A stretch of 64,000 nucleotides of DNA. Origin: Eledone cirrhosa. Lineage: Eukaryota. The translations under genes and the position numbers were made by a program. Under the pieces are notes generated by a model that saw nothing but the letters and a program-made list of their open reading frames with translations, did not search any database and was not told the origin of the DNA. Below are positions 58,774-64,000 of the stretch, one piece after another (position 1 is the first letter of the stretch; every line of letters begins with the position of its first letter). The stretch lies in assembly GCA_964016885.1 (NCBI GenBank), contig OZ024746.1, positions 58,962,001-59,026,000 of the forward strand. Direction: 5' to 3'.

Positions 58774-59154
58774 AGGAAGTTATAGTTCACTTGAAGCATT
58801 GTGTAATGAGGTATAAACGTTTGTATATGTATAATAAAGCCAAAACAATGCAGGTATGGACATAGAATAAAGAATGCAAATGCAAAAGATATTGTTGACA
58901 ATTAGTCTTTAACCTTAGATTTATTTAAATGTCCTTAATTTTCGAGATAATATCTCTTCTTCGGATGGAAGTAAAGCGGTTAAACCAGTGTTTTAAATAG
59001 CTTTCCAAGTCATGCTGACAGGATATAGTATAGAGTATCTGTTCTATCTCTAATGTCAAAGAGTTACGGTTAGGTGGATAAAGAGTAGTCTCCCTTTAAA
59101 AGAGGTTTTATTGTACATGCCTGTTTAAGTGTGTGGGAGAATGCGTGACGGTGT

Positions 59155-59191
<37 letters not shown>

Positions 59192-59876
59192 AAGTTATGT
59201 CTATACGTAAATGTGGGGGATAGATGTTATCTCCTGTTAGAACTGGTTTTTGTGTGTGTATGTGTGTGTGTGAGAGAGAATAAGTGGAGGTGTAAGCGCG
59301 TGTGTGTGTGTGTGTGTGTGTGTGTCTGTGTGTGTGTGTGTGCGTGCGTGCGTGTGTGTGGGAGGGGGGGTGTAAATATGCTCTATCAAGTTATAAATTG
59401 GGTGTTGAGTTCTAGTCTATTATTGATTGGTAGTTGTGTTTTGTCTATAATTAGTGCTTCCTTAATTCTAAGATTGCCGAGGTTTCTTTCCTTAGTTTCT
59501 ATCCTAACTGATATGGTTTTGTCGGTGTTTTGGGATTTAACTAGGTGTTTCTTAAATGAGAAAGCGTTAGTATTGAGGTGTTCTTTTATTCTTATGTGGA
59601 GTGGTCAGGTGGTGCTACCTACGTAGAAGTTGCTGCATTTGTCGCACTCTAGTCTGTATACGACGTAAGCCTGGTGGCATAGGTCTGTGCCGTTGATGGG
59701 GCAGTTGGCTAGCCTGCAGCGGTTGTCATGTCTCGTGGAGTGTCTTTTGGTTAGCTGTCAGCGTAGAGAAGGACCTGAGTGGGCCAGTTGGATATCTAGT
59801 CCCTCTCGTCTGATAGCTCTGCGGATGGCTGTTGTTGTTTCCGAAACAACAACAGCCATCCGCAGAGCTATCAGAC
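58771..59876 (-). mobile_element. PLE fragment: GIY-YIG pseudogene (about 59386-59840), 3' UTR with degenerate HHR (58931-58969) and 5' perfect hairpin (59808-59876)
   Basis: Manual translation: [56 protein letters not shown]; HHR CCGAAGA a gagata-t-tatctc GAAA. Confidence 0.85.
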
Positions 59877-60190
59877 AAAAACAAGATGGCGTAGGACAGA
59901 ACAAAGGAGTGGCAGAAAAACAAATAAAAAATCCCCAGTCTCTGAAGAGGTCACAGAATGTGTGACGAAAGAACTTTGACAATATATAAACAATCATCTG
60001 GTTGTGGAACCAACCAACCAGCAGGAAATTTATGAATTCCTAAATTTATAAATTTATTGTAATAAATTGAAGTGAAAGCATGTGGTGCGTGTGTTTATTA
60101 TTGGCAACATGACCCTCCCAAAGTATAACAATATCGGTTTCAACACACGTTTTCAGATAAAGAATCTTGCTAAACAAATTCAGAAACGAA
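59877..60190 (+). mobile_element. Family F2 copy with hammerhead 59936-59981
   Basis: agtct CTGAAGA ggtcacagaatgtgtgac GAAA gaac TT tgac. Confidence 0.82.
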
Positions 60191-60334
60191 ATATACATAT
60201 TTATATATATATATATATAATCTGTTATTTTAATATATATACATATATATATATATATAGATATATATATAATCTGTTATTTTAATATATATATACACAC
60301 ACACATATATATATATATATAATCTGTTATTTTA

Positions 60335-60421
<87 letters not shown>

Positions 60422-60433
60422 CTGTTATTTTAG

Positions 60434-60469
<36 letters not shown>

Positions 60470-60483
60470 TTATTATTATTATT

Positions 60484-61628
60484 CTTTGAGTCTCAGTCAT
60501 TGATGTTAGTTAACTGGAAAGTATGTTGAAATGAATATCAAGCCACTACCTACAGACTCAGATATTCAGGACGTATCGGAGGGTTCTTGCTGTTCCGAGC
60601 AAGCATGCCTTTTGAAGTGTTCCAAAAAGCGGGGCGGGGCCAATTTTCTTTAACCAACGCTGGAATCTCCGTGAGATAGTACCTAGTGCGCTTTGACTTC
60701 ATGGCAGTTCCAAATCCTTTTTACCTCCAACTTTAAGTCCTGGTATCGGTTAATTTTTTCCCTCTCCTTCTCTTGCGCTCTCGTGTCGAATGGGCGGGCC
60801 ACATCCACAATCAGGCACGATCTTTTTTCCTTGTCCAAAACCACCAGGTCAGGTCTATTGTGTTCCAGTTTCTTGTCCGTCTGTATCCTAAAATCCCACA
60901 GCACCTTCACCTGATCGTTTTCTATCACCGACTCTGGCTTATGCTCATACCACTTCTCAGAATGTGGTAAATTGTTTACTTTTCATAGGTACCAGTGGAT
61001 CACCCTGCCCATCACATCATGTCTCCAGCCTTTATAGTGAGTCTGGGCTAGGTGTTTACACTCGGATACAATGTGAGCCACAGTCTCCTCTTTCTCTCCA
61101 CAGATCCTGCACAGTCGGCTAGCCTCCTCCTTGTAAATATGGTGTTTTACCCACTTCGTTTTCAGGGCCCGCTCTTGCGCAGCCATTAGCATTCCTTCTG
61201 TAGCCTTTTTAAGGTCTTCTCTTTTCAACCAGTTCCATGTCTGTGGATCTCTGAATTCAGTTTTCTCAAAGAAGTTACTATGAAGGGAATTTTCATGAAG
61301 GCTGCTCTTTCTCCTTGTTGTTATTTCCTCCTTGGACATTCCCTGGTCTATTGTCCTCTCCTTCTGTACAATTCTGAGCATTAGCTCCTTACTATCAGTC
61401 ACGTATTTGTGTAGGTTGTTTTTCTCCATCTGAACACAGTCCTCTATGCTGATAAGACCTCTTCCACCTTCAGATCTCCTTAAGTAGAGTCTATCGACAT
61501 CACTCCTCTTGTGGAACATGTTGTAGATAGTCAATAGCTTCCTAGTCTTCCTATCCATTTCTTTTTGTTCAGCAACATTCCATCTCAGAATTCCCACACT
61601 GTACCTAATAATAGACACAGCTTGGGAA
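60484..61628 (-). mobile_element. R4/Dong-clade LINE, 5'-truncated, inserted in (TAA)n
   Basis: LYLRRSEGGRGL, TEGMLMAAQE, CRICGEKEETVAHIVSEC, WDFRIQTDKKLEHNRPDLVV..IVDVARPFD..EKINRYQDL, LQKACLLGTARTLR; (TTA)n on both flanks. Confidence 0.92.
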
Positions 61629-61638
61629 ATTATTATTA

Positions 61639-61670
<32 letters not shown>

Positions 61671-61675
61671 ATTAG

Positions 61676-62085
61676 GGCGGTGACTTGGCAGAATCGTTAG
61701 AGGGTCTGACGCCATGCTTTGCAGCATAGAGTTACGGCCCTTTCCATTCTGAGTTCAAATCCCGCCGAGGTTAACTTTGCCTTTCATCATTACAGGGTCG
61801 ATAAAATAAAGTACCAGTAATGCACTGGTTATTTGCTGGCCTTGTGCCTAAAGTAGAAACAATTATTATTATATTATGTGGCGGTGGATTGGAAGTATTG
61901 GTAGAGGGTCGGACGCCATGCTTTGACGCATAGAGTTACGGCCCTTGCCATTCTTAGTTCAAATCCCGCCGAGGTTAACTTTGCCTTTCATCCTTACGGG
62001 GTCGATAAAATAAAGTACTAGTAATACACTGAGTAATTGCTGGCCTTGTGCCTAACGTAGAAACAATTATTATTATTATTATATT
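61676..62085 (+). mobile_element. Two tandem SINE family A copies
   Basis: Full-length, with (TTA)n tails. Confidence 0.9.
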
Positions 62086-62372
62086 ATAAATAATTATATA
62101 TATATTCATATATATATGTGTATAAGCAATTATGTATGTATAGCTATGCTGTACACATATATAATATATTCTCCCCTCTTGTATCATAATATGCACTAAA
62201 TAACCTTCTGCCATATGAAGGTGTAATAACCAATAATTCGCCTGGAGTAATCTTTCTAAACTACATTTGCTTTCACGCCTCTCTATTGATAGAATTTACA
62301 TATATATGTAAGCCTATAGACACATACGCATACACACACACCCGCGCACACAGGCGTACGTGACACACACAC

Positions 62373-62416
<44 letters not shown>

Positions 62417-62810
62417 CAGTGTGCGTGCTTACTTGTATGAATTTTAATGAGTAGTAGAAAATTGCGTCAAAGAGATATATTGTGTCACAGAGAGGCTTGA
62501 ACTTTTTCTGATCTGTGGTTTATTTTCGTGAAATTGATCTATTGATCAAGTCGAACGTTTCAGAATTATATCGTGTCGTTAATTGACCTTTTCATACTTG
62601 GTTTTTAATCCTCTAAATCTCCTTTGCGTATTTGCTACATACCTTTCCTGTAAATATCTGAAGAAAGAGCCTGTATACAGAAAAACATACTTAGACTAGA
62701 ATGCATTTTTTTTTGTTTTTTTTTATGTTAATACCTATTTTCAGCCTAGAAACTCATCAAGGTAGTTCTTATCATGGTTTCAGTGGCATTTAAAAACTGA
62801 AGTTTTAAGA

Positions 62811-63107
62811 CAGTCTTGGGCAGTCCTGCGGCCCGCGAAGCTTTCTGAATGGCTCACCTAAGTCACCTAAATAAAATATTTCTGATTTTTTTACCCAACT
62901 TTTCACTCGTAATTTATTTTTCTGTCGTAATTCATCTTACGATCGAGGAAAACAACGTGTACGAATTCTGAAGAAACAAATCAAAACAACCTGAGTTAAC
63001 ATCCCTTCTTATTAATGTGAGCACGAATGTAAATTAGCACTTGCGGCCCGCCTGTGATGAGCCATACCTCATGCGGCCATCTTCTCGAAAAAGGTTGCCT
63101 ATGCCTG
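62811..63107. mobile_element. hAT (Charlie/Buster-like) MITE
   Basis: TIRs cagtcttgggca / tgcctatgcctg; subterminal tgcggccc repeats; degenerate 8-bp TSD ttttaaga/ctctaaga. Confidence 0.72.
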
Positions 63108-63371
63108 CTCTAAGAGAAGGCTCCATTTCCTCGAAGCTTGAATCACAAGCTGCTGATGTTGCACGTTTTTAAAATACAACGTGCTGCCCTGGCCTTTGTC
63201 ACGAAGTACAGCCGGTGATACCCACTTCATTAGGCATGCCACTTCCTTATGCGCTTTTTTTAAGTGATACTCTTCTCCAGATTTTGCTAAGGGAAATAGC
63301 TGTTCGGGGACTGAGAAATGTACCAGAGGTCATAATGCCGATATACATGGTAAGAAACTGTATTTAAAGTA

Positions 63372-63444
<73 letters not shown>

Positions 63445-63907
63445 TATGCGAGGAAAAGGATTAAAATAGCGAAATGAAAAAGTGACAAAAATATATAAAA
63501 TGTAGAAAAAATATCGGAAAGTGGGAAATAATAGAGAAAAAGAAAGAAATATGGAAGAAGGAAAGAAGGAAGAAATAAAGAAAAGAAAGCCATTTAGTGA
63601 TGAAATCCTACGAGAGGTCTATATAAGGCAACGTAGGTGTGACTTTGGATACTTTGTAAGAAAGAATTATCGGAGATATTGTAAGGTGATATATGTTGTG
63701 AAACTGTTAATCATGTCATACGGCCTTAGGTTTAAATTTGAACCTGGAAAAGCAAAATAGCTGTAGTTTGGAAAAATATGATGGAATGAAATACTGTCGG
63801 TTTCGACGATGAATATTGCAAATGCAATATTCAAAGAAGGGAACAAGCTGCTCGTGACATTAACGTGCAAGTGGCAGAATATTATACAGGCATATGTACC
63901 TTTAGTA

Positions 63908-64000
63908 AAGGCGTGTGGCTGAGTGGTTAGAGAATTGTATTCGCTATCGTGAGGTTGTGAGTTCGCTTCCCGGACCGGGTGATGCGTTATGTCCTTGAGG
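63908..64000 (+). mobile_element. tRNA-derived SINE family B, 5' part (runs off the window)
   Basis: aaggcgtgtggctgagtggttagag..gagttcgcttccc..tgtccttgag. Confidence 0.78.

Noticed and set aside
59600-59762. In-frame TGA codons in a PLE GIY-YIG region as possible selenocysteine recoding
   Set aside because: The GSTT*PL stop falls at the conserved Arg of G-x-T-x-R, not at a Cys, so CGA-to-TGA deamination is simpler; no SECIS was identified
63908-64000. tRNA gene (also the SINE-A heads)
   Set aside because: A and B boxes continue into SINE body domains and occur as multiple diverged copies; no complete cloverleaf seen

Overview
AT-rich, microsatellite-saturated eukaryotic non-coding DNA. It is most likely cephalopod (octopus-like), which is an inference from the tRNA-derived SINE families and the (TA)n/(CA)n density. 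No intact host protein-coding gene could be supported, and nearly all listed ORFs are microsatellite artefacts. Real content: (i) several 5'-truncated Penelope-like elements (PLEs; RT + GIY-YIG), typically with an inverted copy of their own 3' end; (ii) RTE and R4/Dong LINE fragments, two tRNA-derived SINE families, non-autonomous Helitrons and a hAT MITE; (iii) the main signal, about 25 intact or decayed type I hammerhead ribozyme (HHR) motifs (stem I-CUGANGA-stem II-GAAA-stem III-NUH) read by eye on both strands, from a dozen or more sequence families. Most HHRs sit in short non-coding fold-back or tandem elements next to (TA)n tracts. In several families the fold-back axis appears to be the ribozyme's own stem II, leaving mirror-image half-hammerheads. 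One family shows compensatory base-pair changes between copies. Together this suggests a diverse PLE-driven retrozyme/fold-back retroelement system. All structures were read manually and coordinates may be off by a few bases.
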